Position numbers and translations under genes: made by a program
IMG/VR virus record: IMGVR_UViG_3300030202_002193
Coordinates: 20,539 to 84,538 of that record
Reading direction: 5' to 3' (one strand)
Length of the DNA: 64,000 nucleotides
Origin: a virus
The notes under the pieces: generated by a model
Database searches by the model: none
What the model was told of the DNA's origin: nothing
The model's input: the letters and a program-made list of their open reading frames with translations, nothing else
Shown: positions 46,343 through 56,267 of the stretch, piece after piece
Layout of the letters: each line of letters begins with the position of its first letter
Position numbering within the stretch: position 1 is the first letter of the stretch

Positions 46343-46521
46343 TAGTATTTACAAGTTGTAATAAATTTTTTGGGGAATTAGGTTCGGGCATTCCTTGGAA
46401 AGAATGTGGTGGAGAATTAATTAGAACTACAGAATATGATAATACCGGCTCGGTATTATTTTGGTACAGTAAGTGTACTAAGTGTGGCGATTGTAGAAAT
46501 GGTATCGCTTGGCAAAGGTGA
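46339..46521 (+). CDS. Zn-ribbon micro-protein (MIVFTSCN start)
   Basis: First 8 codons identical to next gene. Confidence 0.6.
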   Translation: MIVFTSCNKFFGELGSGIPWKECGGELIRTTEYDNTGSVLFWYSKCTKCGDCRNGIAWQR

Positions 46522-46525
46522 TTAA

Positions 46526-46822
46526 ATGATAGTATTTACAAGTTGTAATAATTGTGGCGCAATAACAAGTTGGGTTAGTAATAGAATGGTAAATGAAACT
46601 ACTTGGCCTTATGCAAAAACTACCCACAGTGTTTCTCAAACATTAATCCCTTGTTGCGGAGACAGTGCTAATCCTTGTGTAACATTTCACATGATTAGTG
46701 TAGATGAATATAATAAGTGCCTAGCGGCTAAAGTGAAAGAAGGGTTTGAAACACACCTAGACTCACTATTTGAAGAAAAGACATATTATGATATGAGGAG
46801 GAATGAATATGAGCAAAGGTAA
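46526..46822 (+). CDS. Cys-containing protein (MIVFTSCN start)
   Basis: Duplicated 5' end. Confidence 0.6.
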   Translation: MIVFTSCNNCGAITSWVSNRMVNETTWPYAKTTHSVSQTLIPCCGDSANPCVTFHMISVDEYNKCLAAKVKEGFETHLDSLFEEKTYYDMRRNEYEQR

Positions 46823-47171
46823 AGAATGGGAAGTTTGTATGAGAAGAAATGGCTCAATTATGATGAAGGTAAATGTAGACCCTGTAATCATGGATAGAGA
46901 TACTTGCATATCAGTTTTATACGATAGCGTTTCTTGGAAAGAGAATGAAGTAATTAAAACAATGAAGAAAAAGGGATTGAAAGACATCTTGAAACAACAG
47001 GCTAGATATCTAGCATATTATGGATATATAGAACATGCACCTCCCAACAGAAAAGAATTAATTGAAGAAAATGAGCGATATAAAGATACTTGGTCATTAG
47101 AGAAATGGGATATGGTTGCTAGAGTTTTCGACAGGCACTTCCCCGATTTCAGATTTTTAGCAGGTGAATAA
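46803..47171 (+). CDS. hypothetical protein
   Basis: GAGGAGG RBS. Confidence 0.65.
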   Translation: MNMSKGKEWEVCMRRNGSIMMKVNVDPVIMDRDTCISVLYDSVSWKENEVIKTMKKKGLKDILKQQARYLAYYGYIEHAPPNRKELIEENERYKDTWSLEKWDMVARVFDRHFPDFRFLAGE

Positions 47172-47796
47172 GATGAATATATTTGCATTATCAAAATGCC
47201 CTGTAGAAGCGGCTCAACAAATGATAGACAAGCACATAGTCAAAATGCCAACTGAAAGTTGTCAAATGTTACACACTAATTCGCTCTATTTTTTGTTTTG
47301 GAATTGTCATGGTAGGGAACCTTCTCTAAAAGAATTGAAGGAGTTTCACAAGGAATCACATTTTTCCTATATGATGAAACCTGCAATGCTTAACCACCCT
47401 AGCACAATTTGGGCTAGACAAAACAAAGCAAATTACATGTGGCTATACAATCATGCACTTGCACTTTGCAAGGAATACACTTTCAGATATGGTAAGATTC
47501 ATGGTACGGAAAAAAGAGTCTTGGATAGTTTTACCTTTTCTTATGAAGACGAAGACTTAACTCCAGTGACTATTGCTATGGCTGACCAATACAGAATCCC
47601 TCAAGAAAAACATACTTGGGAATTTGTAATTAAAAGTTATCAGCAGTATTATTTAGAAGGCAAATGGAAATTCGCTTCTTGGAAAAAGAACCGAACTCCT
47701 ACTTGGTGGCCCAAAGACCAACACAAGAAAATGAAGAACAAAGAAATATTGCGCTTCAATAAATTATGGAATGCTAGTTTGGAGATGATTAAATGA
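47164..47796 (+). CDS. pyrimidine-dimer DNA glycosylase (endonuclease V)-family protein
   Basis: MNIF.L...P..AA...DKHIVKMPTESCQML, NHPSTIWAR, LCKEYTFRYGKIH. Confidence 0.75.
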   Translation: MNKMNIFALSKCPVEAAQQMIDKHIVKMPTESCQMLHTNSLYFLFWNCHGREPSLKELKEFHKESHFSYMMKPAMLNHPSTIWARQNKANYMWLYNHALALCKEYTFRYGKIHGTEKRVLDSFTFSYEDEDLTPVTIAMADQYRIPQEKHTWEFVIKSYQQYYLEGKWKFASWKKNRTPTWWPKDQHKKMKNKEILRFNKLWNASLEMIK

Positions 47797-48041
47797 TTGA
47801 ATGTTTACAATGTAAAGGTAATAACTTTATCAAAAGTTTTTGCCATGCAACTGAAAGATTTGTTTATGACGATTGTTGGGACTGTCTTTCTGAAGAAATG
47901 TATGAAGCAGAAATTCAAGAAAAGATAAAAATACTCATTAGTAAAGATGAGAATGTAACCGACTTTACAAGAGATTTGGCTAGGTTGTTAATTAGCGAGC
48001 CATTGATTTACGAAGAAATATGGAAATACTTGAGGGATTAA
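47793..48041 (+). CDS. small Zn-binding protein
   Basis: CLQC...CWDC. Confidence 0.6.
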   Translation: MIECLQCKGNNFIKSFCHATERFVYDDCWDCLSEEMYEAEIQEKIKILISKDENVTDFTRDLARLLISEPLIYEEIWKYLRD

Positions 48042-48042
48042 A

Positions 48043-48288
48043 ATGGAAATAGAATTTAGAATAATAGACGACGAGAAATTACCACCGGTAATTATAAAGA
48101 AAGGAGAGAACGACAATCCTAAGATATTGATTAACAATTATCATAAGATTTGGATTTGTCTAAATAGAGGACTGATTAATGGGATATTCGAAGTGTTCCC
48201 AAAGAAGGTAACTGAAATATTAGATGCCCATTTGAGAGAACAGTACCAATATGAGATTATGGATAGAGGAGAAATAGTGGAGGAATAA
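48043..48288 (+). CDS. hypothetical protein
   Basis: 81 aa. Confidence 0.6.
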   Translation: MEIEFRIIDDEKLPPVIIKKGENDNPKILINNYHKIWICLNRGLINGIFEVFPKKVTEILDAHLREQYQYEIMDRGEIVEE

Positions 48289-48290
48289 AT

Positions 48291-48671
48291 ATGGGATATA
48301 GAAGTTATGTATATGTAATTACAGATATAGAAAATAAAGCACTGATAGCCGCACTTAAAGCGGCAAAGCCTGATGAAGAAGAAGAAGGAATTTTTAAGTT
48401 TTGGAATATGTCAAGTGCTAATCGTAAAACAAAAGAAGTAATGCTTTTTGAGTTTCATGAAACCAAATGGTATGAATCATATGATGATGTAAAGGCAGTA
48501 ATGTCAGAAATAAATAAATTAGAAAATGATAAAACTAAATGCGGCTCTTTTGGTTATATTCAAATAGGTGAGAACGATGACGATATAACCCATTTAGGGA
48601 GTCCTTGGGATTATGATATGCACTTGAACAGAAGTGTCGATATGCCCTTTTTAGAAAGAAAGGAGGAATAA
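48291..48671 (+). CDS. phage hypothetical protein (MGYRS...KWY..Y..V...IGE..DD motif)
   Basis: Recognisable widespread phage motif. Confidence 0.65.
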   Translation: MGYRSYVYVITDIENKALIAALKAAKPDEEEEGIFKFWNMSSANRKTKEVMLFEFHETKWYESYDDVKAVMSEINKLENDKTKCGSFGYIQIGENDDDITHLGSPWDYDMHLNRSVDMPFLERKEE

Positions 48672-48846
48672 ATATGGTAGGATTAAAAAATATGGAAAGT
48701 GGACTAGGAAGTTGTATTAACTGCACTGGTGTAAGAGCAAGTACTGTTTGTGATAAAAGTCACAAGCCCATTTGTACTTCATGTGTAAGAATTGTGATTA
48801 AAAATGCAACTCAAGTAGAAGTTAGAGATAGAAGGAGGTATATTAA

Positions 48847-49992
48847 ATGACAGATGAATTATTGATTAAGCCTAAGAGAAAATTAGGCACTGGAAGATAT
48901 GATAGGAAGTTAATAGAGAGGATGATTGATTTATCCGTAGCAGACAATTATGAAGATGCGGCTAAAGAATGGATTGCAACCGGTAATGTATATTGGGGAG
49001 ATATTGATGTGCCTAGTTGGTGGGAAGATAGGAGAGGCAGTTGTCTTTGTGGGCATAGCATCGTATATCATTTCGAAGTAGAGAATACAGAAAATGGTGA
49101 AATGATTTTAGTTGGTTCTGACCACATTAATTCTTATCACATTCTAAAGCAAATTGCACTTTCTACAGGAATGCAAGAATCTATGATTACAGATGAAATG
49201 ATAGATGAATGGATGAAGGTAAGAGTCGCTTCTATGATGCAAACTGCTTGGTGGCATAATAACGGTGAAATGTTCACAAGAATGTTTGACGCAGTTAAAG
49301 AATATGATATTAGGGTAAATGTAAGAGTTCTGAAGTGGCAATACAACGGAGAATATATGAGGAATATGCCTGTTACTGCAATACGCAAAGCGGGGAAAGG
49401 TTCTCCATCGGATTCGGACTACAAGATGGCTTCTATCGTTTGGAGATGGAACCATCCTGATAATCCTAAAGCCCAAGTAAATACTAGAGGCTACCCTACC
49501 GATAAACTTTGGACCGATTTAATTATGTTCTATTCTAGAATACAGGAATATATTCAGCAATGTGAAGATGAGGATATGAGGAATGCCCATCTTCTAAAAA
49601 CTGCGGAAAGGCGCAGAATGCTAAATAGCGTTTCCCTAAACTTAATTGAAGAAGATAGGAGGGCAATGGAACAGGCCATATTTGAAGATAGTTGCGACTA
49701 TTTCGGCATTGTTGGATTCCACGATTTCGATATAGAAAATAGCGAAATAGATGATTGGTCTAAGAGGTTTCTAAGGGACACAAAGCAACGGATTATTTCA
49801 GGCTATGACCTATCCACTAGACAGTTAATGAAGTTAGAAGAAATTCTAAGAGATGATACTCCCCCAACCCCTAAGCAAATTAGATATTTACTTAGGTTAG
49901 GTTATGATGGAGAAGTAGAAGGGTTGAGCAGACAAAGGGTTAGCAAATTAATAGATGATTTGATAGCAAAAGGCACAGGACTCGAATACTAA
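48847..49992 (+). CDS. Zn-binding hypothetical protein
   Basis: CLCGH...VGSDH; C-terminal PTPKQIRYL...S.LID module. Confidence 0.7.
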   Translation: MTDELLIKPKRKLGTGRYDRKLIERMIDLSVADNYEDAAKEWIATGNVYWGDIDVPSWWEDRRGSCLCGHSIVYHFEVENTENGEMILVGSDHINSYHILKQIALSTGMQESMITDEMIDEWMKVRVASMMQTAWWHNNGEMFTRMFDAVKEYDIRVNVRVLKWQYNGEYMRNMPVTAIRKAGKGSPSDSDYKMASIVWRWNHPDNPKAQVNTRGYPTDKLWTDLIMFYSRIQEYIQQCEDEDMRNAHLLKTAERRRMLNSVSLNLIEEDRRAMEQAIFEDSCDYFGIVGFHDFDIENSEIDDWSKRFLRDTKQRIISGYDLSTRQLMKLEEILRDDTPPTPKQIRYLLRLGYDGEVEGLSRQRVSKLIDDLIAKGTGLEY

Positions 49993-49996
49993 CGCA

Positions 49997-50013
49997 GGGC
50001 TTTAATAGGTAAT
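49997..50013 (+). promoter_or_regulatory. archaeal TATA-type promoter GGGCTTTAATAGGTAAT heading the Ubl operon
   Basis: 15 of 17 nt match to 43265 motif. Confidence 0.55.
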
Positions 50014-50045
50014 GCAAACTAAATAAAATAGAAGAGGTGAATTGT

Positions 50046-50246
50046 ATGATAAGTTTAACAATTTTGAATGAAACAGGACATACTTCGCTATCCCTTGAGG
50101 CTAGTGAAGTTATAGAGCAGATTAATACCCATCCTACAGATTGGGTATTTATTGATGGAGAAATGGTGACAAGAGAGAACCTTTCTTCAGTCAATTGGGA
50201 CGATGTTGATTCAGTTGTTTTGACTCCGGCAATTGTCGGTGGTTGA
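50046..50246 (+). CDS. ubiquitin-like (beta-grasp) protein ending in Gly-Gly
   Basis: 66 aa, ends VVLTPAIVGG-stop; VFIDGE; GAGGTGA RBS. Confidence 0.8.
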   Translation: MISLTILNETGHTSLSLEASEVIEQINTHPTDWVFIDGEMVTRENLSSVNWDDVDSVVLTPAIVGG

Positions 50247-50295
50247 ACCAACTCAACGGGAAGGGGGAAGCCCCTATTCTATTGGAGGTTTTTCG

Positions 50296-50559
50296 ATGTA
50301 TTTTAGAAATGCAGAAGAATGTAAAAGAGTGATAGAATCTTTTATGGAAGATTTGAGTCCTCTAGATAGAACAAAACTAAATATCGTTTTCTCCAATTTA
50401 GGAGAAAAGACAGACAGGGAAAAACAATGGAGTATGATACAGGCATTTAGAAAGTGTCTTTGGAGTATTCCTGAAGCGGTAGAAAGAGGGTTTACTAATT
50501 GGTTATTAGAAGAACTACCAAACAGAAAGGCCGCACTAGAATATCATGGGGAAATATAA
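50296..50559 (+). CDS. small helical hypothetical protein
   Basis: GGAGG RBS, MYFRNAEE. Confidence 0.6.
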   Translation: MYFRNAEECKRVIESFMEDLSPLDRTKLNIVFSNLGEKTDREKQWSMIQAFRKCLWSIPEAVERGFTNWLLEELPNRKAALEYHGEI

Positions 50560-50727
50560 ATGAAAGAAAAAGACCCCGAATACGAAGAAAGCAGTTGGTC
50601 GTATAAAAATAGGATTGCGACTAAATGTAGAATATGTGGTAGGCAACTTCTCCTACCCGAAGAAATGAAAAAGGAAGTACATGCAGAATGCGATAAAAAT
50701 TTAGATAATAATACATATATGATGTGA
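50560..50727 (+). CDS. 55-aa Zn-finger protein
   Basis: Hand translation ...CRICGRQL...HAEC. Confidence 0.55.
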   Translation: MKEKDPEYEESSWSYKNRIATKCRICGRQLLLPEEMKKEVHAECDKNLDNNTYMM

Positions 50728-50731
50728 TAAG

Positions 50732-51964
50732 ATGAGATTATACATAAACAATGGAAGTACAGATAGACTAACAACTGAAATAACTATAGAAGAAGGAAGA
50801 GATTTCATACCTAATGGACGCATTTATACTGTAAGTCCAAACTGGAATGCCAAGGGAGACCCCTTGCTTTCAGGATTAAGCAGTTTTTGGCAAAAACGCA
50901 TTAGGTGTAGGTATAACTACGAAAGCGTGCTTAAAATAAAAACCTACCCTATTCATATTAAGAAGAATAAGGGCTATTTCATAAACGGAACTAGAATCGG
51001 AATCAAAGGTATGTCTATGGTCTTAGCGAGACTAACCTATGCTTCGTGTTTAGAACAAAGTGATTCTAAGATGACATCTATTTTTATAGATGCTATGAAT
51101 ATACCCGAACAAGTTTCATATGCGTTAGAAAATCGTGCGCCGTATAGTTTTTATGAAAATTATACTTTGCAAGAAGTACGATTGAATGTAGAGCCTATTG
51201 GGAATAAAAAATATGCGATAGAGATATCTGATTCTATTTGGGGTGAAATTTCACAAAGGGATTTAGTAACCTTTGTCAATACTTATCGTGATAACCTGAA
51301 GAGAGGTTCGTGGAGTCAATTAAGCCCTAAGAAATTATATGGGAAACTTATGCAAGCAGAACCATCCGATTCAGAACTGAAAGTAATGAAAGCCTTTCTT
51401 TCCCAAAACAGAACCCAAGATATAGTCGAAAAAAGAGCAAAGGAATTAATTCAAGAAACTTGTGATTTAATGCCTAACAATTTCTTCTATTACAAGATAG
51501 ATGTAGAGGAAAACGGGACTATAGAGAAGGCAGGGCTGAAAATTACTAACCAAGATAACGAATGGTTATTTATTAGAGGTAGAAAATACGATTGGATGAT
51601 TCGTAAGGCGAGTAATCGTGCTAGTAGACAATCAGTAAATACCTTCGTGTATAATCAAGTAACTAAGAGGGAGAAGACAGGACAAATTAAAAATGAAGAA
51701 GGCGTATGGGTAGACACCTACGAAGAAATAACCTCCTTCCAATGGAGAGGGCCTATTTGCGTAGATAATCTAGCATTTAACGGCGCACAATCTATTGGCG
51801 ACCAAATGGTAGCAAGAGCATATGCCTTCCTGAATGATTCTGTTACTATTAATTTAGTAAGTACAATTAATTCCTATCTAAACAAAAAAGACATGTCTGA
51901 AAATAGATTAGACTTTGAAGGAATGATAATGGATGATGTGGAGTCCTTGATATGTCCTGTGTAG
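50732..51964 (+). CDS. hypothetical protein with candidate catalytic Cys (possible E2-like carrier)
   Basis: C-terminal WRGPICVD resembles E2 G-x-I-C-L-D; lies in Ubl/E1/JAB operon; fold unverified. Confidence 0.45.
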   Translation: MRLYINNGSTDRLTTEITIEEGRDFIPNGRIYTVSPNWNAKGDPLLSGLSSFWQKRIRCRYNYESVLKIKTYPIHIKKNKGYFINGTRIGIKGMSMVLARLTYASCLEQSDSKMTSIFIDAMNIPEQVSYALENRAPYSFYENYTLQEVRLNVEPIGNKKYAIEISDSIWGEISQRDLVTFVNTYRDNLKRGSWSQLSPKKLYGKLMQAEPSDSELKVMKAFLSQNRTQDIVEKRAKELIQETCDLMPNNFFYYKIDVEENGTIEKAGLKITNQDNEWLFIRGRKYDWMIRKASNRASRQSVNTFVYNQVTKREKTGQIKNEEGVWVDTYEEITSFQWRGPICVDNLAFNGAQSIGDQMVARAYAFLNDSVTINLVSTINSYLNKKDMSENRLDFEGMIMDDVESLICPV

Positions 51965-52782
51965 AGTGTGGTAGTAGTAATTTTAATTTTGATGAAAGAT
52001 TGGGAGAAAGGATTTGTATTAATTGCGGTTTAGTAGAAATAACCGAGATATTTGAACAAAGCGTTTCCCAATACAATTCAAATGGAGAATTAGTTAGAGA
52101 GTCTACCTTTAGGAATACCTTGGGTACTACTAATAGGAATAGATATGATGTTAGCGAAAGCAACATACAGACGGGCCTAGTTTACTGCAATCTAGTTTTG
52201 TCTTCTATCGCAACAAACCATCCTCTTAGAGATAGGGTAGAAGAATGCTATATTTCCCTCTTTAGAGGGAATGTATTTAGTAACAAATACAGTTATGAAA
52301 ATAGAGCAACGGCCTTGGTATATTATGTTTTGAAGGAAAATGGGATTGCTATTAAGATGAGTGATGTTCGTAAGGAATTTGAATGTGATATGCGCAAGGT
52401 GAATAAATTAACTAGGGTGATTGCAAAACACTTTGGTAATTCCGGTGTATATGCTAGGGACAATATAGTTTCTCTTTTAGATAAGACTTCTAGAGAAGTG
52501 AATGATACTGCGGAATTCATTACATTGTGTCAAGAGATGCACATAGCCGTCAATCCTATTTTAGAAGAAAATGATTTTACTAAAGGGAGGACTTATTGTG
52601 CCGCAATATGTCTAATAGTAGCGAGTGCTAATTTAATGCAAATAAAACAAAGGGACTTGGCTAAACGAGCCGGATTTGATATTTCCACGATTCGTGTTCA
52701 GGCTAAGAAGATTCTAGGTATGTTAGGATATAACAATCTAAAAGAAATTAGTGGAAAAACAATAGGAGATATGATAAAATGA
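51952..52782 (+). CDS. tfb: transcription initiation factor IIB-like protein
   Basis: Zn ribbon CVECG...D...GERICINCGLV, two cyclin-like repeats, C-terminal HTH QRDLAKRAG. Confidence 0.85.
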   Translation: MSCVECGSSNFNFDERLGERICINCGLVEITEIFEQSVSQYNSNGELVRESTFRNTLGTTNRNRYDVSESNIQTGLVYCNLVLSSIATNHPLRDRVEECYISLFRGNVFSNKYSYENRATALVYYVLKENGIAIKMSDVRKEFECDMRKVNKLTRVIAKHFGNSGVYARDNIVSLLDKTSREVNDTAEFITLCQEMHIAVNPILEENDFTKGRTYCAAICLIVASANLMQIKQRDLAKRAGFDISTIRVQAKKILGMLGYNNLKEISGKTIGDMIK

Positions 52783-53333
52783 GAAAAGTATTAATTATAG
52801 GTGCAGGTGGAATTGGGAGTTTTCTAATTCCTCTATTGAAAAAGACGGGACTGTATAACATTACAGTAGCAGACCCCGACATTGTAGAGAATAAAAATCT
52901 ACCCTACCAAAATTACGAAAGGATAGATGTAAATAAAAATAAAGCGAGTGTTATGTATGAGAGATATGGGCTATCGGGTGCGATTCCTCATAAGATTCTA
53001 ACACTTGGTCAAATGAAAGGATTTGATTTAGTTATATCTTGTGTAGATAATCTAAGTTTACGAAGGACATTATATCGTAGCGATTTTACTTGGTTAGATT
53101 TGAGAGCGCAAGGTCGCAATGCGGCTTTTATCTCTTCAGATTCTAGTCCTGAAATGTGGGACACAATGTTGGCTGGACCTGATGGAAGTTTTTCTTGTCA
53201 AGGAGATTCTTGGGATGGAAGTAATAAAAATGTTCACTTTATGCAAGTGGCAATTGCTGGAATGGCGGCTGAATGGATTCAGCGTTGGTTCAACAAAGAA
53301 GATGTTGGGCTTTTTAAGGTGGTAAATGTATGA
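52779..53333 (+). CDS. ThiF/MoeB/E1-family adenylyltransferase
   Basis: IIGAGGIGS, DPDIVENKNL..Q, NKA, SCVDN...RR; Cys in SFSCQ. Confidence 0.88.
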   Translation: MRKVLIIGAGGIGSFLIPLLKKTGLYNITVADPDIVENKNLPYQNYERIDVNKNKASVMYERYGLSGAIPHKILTLGQMKGFDLVISCVDNLSLRRTLYRSDFTWLDLRAQGRNAAFISSDSSPEMWDTMLAGPDGSFSCQGDSWDGSNKNVHFMQVAIAGMAAEWIQRWFNKEDVGLFKVVNV

Positions 53334-53806
53334 CTAAAATAATGGGAGATGAATTAGGCCCCGACTATAAAGTTGGCATAGTTTCTACTTGGGAATTAAA
53401 TCCTGAAATTACAGAAGAGTTCCTATCTGAAATATGGAAGGCTTCTACAGAAATACTTCCAAAATTGGAAGTTCAAGTTGTTATTGATAATAACGACAGG
53501 CTACACATTAGTAGTGGTACTGCTGGCTATGTTGATTTCAAAGTAGACCCAATCGGAATGAAACTTCCTATCAAGTGTTGGATTCATACCCACCCATTCG
53601 GTTCTGCGTATTTTAGCGGAACTGACATTAGAACAGTTTCTATTTGGGAACCTATGATGGAATCTGCAATAGTATTAGGTGGCAATGGCCACTATGGAGT
53701 TTGGGAAAAATTCAAACCAAAGCAATTGATTATCTATCGAGATTATGAATATGAGAGAGTGCAACTTTGGGGATATGGTACTTATGGATATGGTGAAGAA
53801 GAATGA
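53330..53806 (+). CDS. JAB/JAMM (MPN+) metalloprotease
   Basis: E...WIHTHP...FSGTD motif. Confidence 0.88.
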   Translation: MTKIMGDELGPDYKVGIVSTWELNPEITEEFLSEIWKASTEILPKLEVQVVIDNNDRLHISSGTAGYVDFKVDPIGMKLPIKCWIHTHPFGSAYFSGTDIRTVSIWEPMMESAIVLGGNGHYGVWEKFKPKQLIIYRDYEYERVQLWGYGTYGYGEEE

Positions 53807-54063
53807 AATTGAGAAATCGTAGAATATTAGAATACTTATTAGAAGAAGTAGAAATTGGAGATGTAGTCAATTCTCAAGAGGCTATTACTATTCTAATAAA
53901 CAAGAAGGGTAGTGTTCGTAGTGGACGCTCATCTTATGTATATCGAAATATGGCATTTATTCCTAATGTTAGGGGAATGGCACATCTGCTCAGAGTTTCA
54001 GGACACTTTGAAAGGTGCGAAGATAGCCCAAGGAAGAAAACAAATTGGAGGAGAGTATCATGA
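53803..54063 (+). CDS. winged-HTH-like protein
   Basis: Paralog of 45591-45857. Confidence 0.55.
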   Translation: MKLRNRRILEYLLEEVEIGDVVNSQEAITILINKKGSVRSGRSSYVYRNMAFIPNVRGMAHLLRVSGHFERCEDSPRKKTNWRRVS

Positions 54064-54332
54064 AGCAATGGATTATTAGGAAGATAATTGGTTTAATGGG
54101 CAGGGTCTATGTTTTCTTAGATAAGTTTCTGACTCACGATACTAGAGAGGTTTTGGGAGTACCGATTGATGAAGACTTTCAGAAAATGTCTAGAAAGCAA
54201 CTCTGTAGATATATCGAAGTCAAACTAGGTTGGGAAGATAATGACTTTTGGAATTTAGAATCAACGCAGAAGATTAGACTATGTTGCCAAGTAGCAAGAT
54301 TAAATAAATTTAGTTTAGGTGAAGAAGAATGA
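54060..54332 (+). CDS. hypothetical protein
   Basis: GGAGG RBS; ATGA coupling. Confidence 0.6.
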   Translation: MKQWIIRKIIGLMGRVYVFLDKFLTHDTREVLGVPIDEDFQKMSRKQLCRYIEVKLGWEDNDFWNLESTQKIRLCCQVARLNKFSLGEEE

Positions 54333-54559
54333 TTAAAACGATAGGAAGATGGATTGGGTTTTTGCCTCTAACAGAAGAAAGCGCAAGCGGAATAAAAAGT
54401 GAAAGTTTGGATAAAGGTATTGTTCATTGGGGAAGTAAAGGAGACACCAATGGATTAAAGATTGGAGATAAAATACACTTCGATATTAACAAGGTCGCCT
54501 ACAAAAGTAGTGACTATTGGATTATTGATGCGGATTATATTTACGGGGTGATTGAATGA
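54329..54559 (+). CDS. groES: co-chaperonin GroES-like
   Basis: EESASGI mobile-loop motif, LKIGDKI.F, IYGVIE; directly upstream of groEL. Confidence 0.7.
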   Translation: MIKTIGRWIGFLPLTEESASGIKSESLDKGIVHWGSKGDTNGLKIGDKIHFDINKVAYKSSDYWIIDADYIYGVIE

Positions 54560-56064
54560 TTTTATTTGGAGAAGAAGTAAGAGAAAAACTACTACAAGGG
54601 ATTAATCTTGTAGCAGATACAGTAAAGCCGACGCTAGGGCCACAAGCACACAATGTAATCTTGCAAGGTAATCCTCCAATTATTATTAATGACGGAGTTA
54701 CTATTGCTAAGTATGTTTCTCATCCGGACCCATATGTTTCTATGGGAATTAAACTAGTTCAGAACATTGCTTCTAAGGCTCAATCAAATGCAGGTGATGG
54801 AACCACTACTGCCTGTTTAGTTGCGGCGGCTCTTTGTAATGGATTGTCTAAATATAAAATAAATGATATCCATACTGTAAAGTCTAATCTAGAAGAAATT
54901 AGAGATGCGATATTACAAGGCATTGTCGAACAAACTAAAGAAATTAGTGACGAATATATTTTGCATATTGCCACAATTGCATCTAATAACGATGCCACAA
55001 TGGGTAAATTAATTTCAGAAGTAATAGATGTTGTTGGCCGTGATGGAATTATTACGGTGAACGAAGGCAATCAACTAGAAACTACCTTCGAAGTTACAGA
55101 TGGATTAGAAATAGATGAAGGGTATTTTAGTCATTTAATGGCGAATGACCCATCAGGTATTTGTGAATTGAAGAACCCTTTGGTTTTAGCAACTAACAAA
55201 CACCTAATTAATTTTGCAGATATTCTTCCAGCACTAGAACTTGCTTCTAATAAAGGTAGGCCAATTCTTATTTTTGCAAAAGCAATTCAAGGTTCTGCTC
55301 TTAACAATACGGTAATGAATATCGTAGACGGAAGAATACAGGCTTGTATTGTAAAAGCACCGAACTTCGGAGATGCCCAACTAGATGAGTTAGGAGATAT
55401 TGTTGCCTTGATGGGTGGTAAGTTATTCAGTGATGAAAACAATGACGATATCGCTACTGTAAAGTTTGAAGATTTTGGCTCTTGTGAAAGAGTAACTATT
55501 ACTTCAGAATCCACAGTACTAATTGGAGGTAAAGAGAACATAGACGATAGGGTATCTTCTCTTAAATTAAGATACGAAGAAGCAACTTCTAACTATGATA
55601 AACTAAGATTACAAAAGAGGATGAGTAGGCTTCAGGGAGGAGTGGCGGTAATTTCTGTTGGTGCGGCTTCTAGTATAGAAATGAGAGAAACTAAAGAAAG
55701 GTTAGATGACGCTATTAATGCCACCAAAGCCGCTTTATCCGGTGGGATTATTGTAGGCGGAGGAATCGGACTCGCTAATGCTACTACTGTTTTAGATGGA
55801 AAGATACACCCTCAATTAGAAATGATTGTTACGGACGCATTAATGCACCCGTTACTTACCCTTGCAGAAGGAAAGGACTTAGACGCTATTGAGTTAGGAT
55901 TAACTAACACACACGGTTTTAATGCTTTAACTAGAGAGAAGATGTGCTTGTCTAATGCAGGGGTTATTGACCCTGCTAAAGTTACTATCAGCAGTTTCAC
56001 TGTTGCTATGTCTATTGCAATCTTATTCTTAACTACAGATGTAGCAGTATTGTTGGAGGAATAG
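54556..56064 (+). CDS. groEL: group I chaperonin GroEL
   Basis: TLGP, NDGVTIA, AGDGTTTA, KAPNFGD, GVAVISVGA, DDAINATKAA, GVIDP. Confidence 0.95.
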   Translation: MILFGEEVREKLLQGINLVADTVKPTLGPQAHNVILQGNPPIIINDGVTIAKYVSHPDPYVSMGIKLVQNIASKAQSNAGDGTTTACLVAAALCNGLSKYKINDIHTVKSNLEEIRDAILQGIVEQTKEISDEYILHIATIASNNDATMGKLISEVIDVVGRDGIITVNEGNQLETTFEVTDGLEIDEGYFSHLMANDPSGICELKNPLVLATNKHLINFADILPALELASNKGRPILIFAKAIQGSALNNTVMNIVDGRIQACIVKAPNFGDAQLDELGDIVALMGGKLFSDENNDDIATVKFEDFGSCERVTITSESTVLIGGKENIDDRVSSLKLRYEEATSNYDKLRLQKRMSRLQGGVAVISVGAASSIEMRETKERLDDAINATKAALSGGIIVGGGIGLANATTVLDGKIHPQLEMIVTDALMHPLLTLAEGKDLDAIELGLTNTHGFNALTREKMCLSNAGVIDPAKVTISSFTVAMSIAILFLTTDVAVLLEE

Positions 56065-56267
56065 TAATGTTCGAAGATAAGAACATTGTAAGAATGACTA
56101 TTGTTTACGAAGATGGTTCTATGACCATTCTAACTAAAAACAAAGACGGTTCTATGGCGGTTAAGAGGAGAGAGAAATGAAACTTTGTCCTAAGTGTGGA
56201 AATGATTGCCTACCCTATTCTTTAAGGAGATGGGGCATGTGCATAGAATGTAAGAAGAGTGAAGTCG

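Noticed and set aside
50046-53333. Thiamine or molybdopterin biosynthesis (ThiS/ThiF)
   Set aside because: No thiG, moaE, rhodanese or tRNA thiolase in the window, and a linked JAB favours conjugation; not fully excluded
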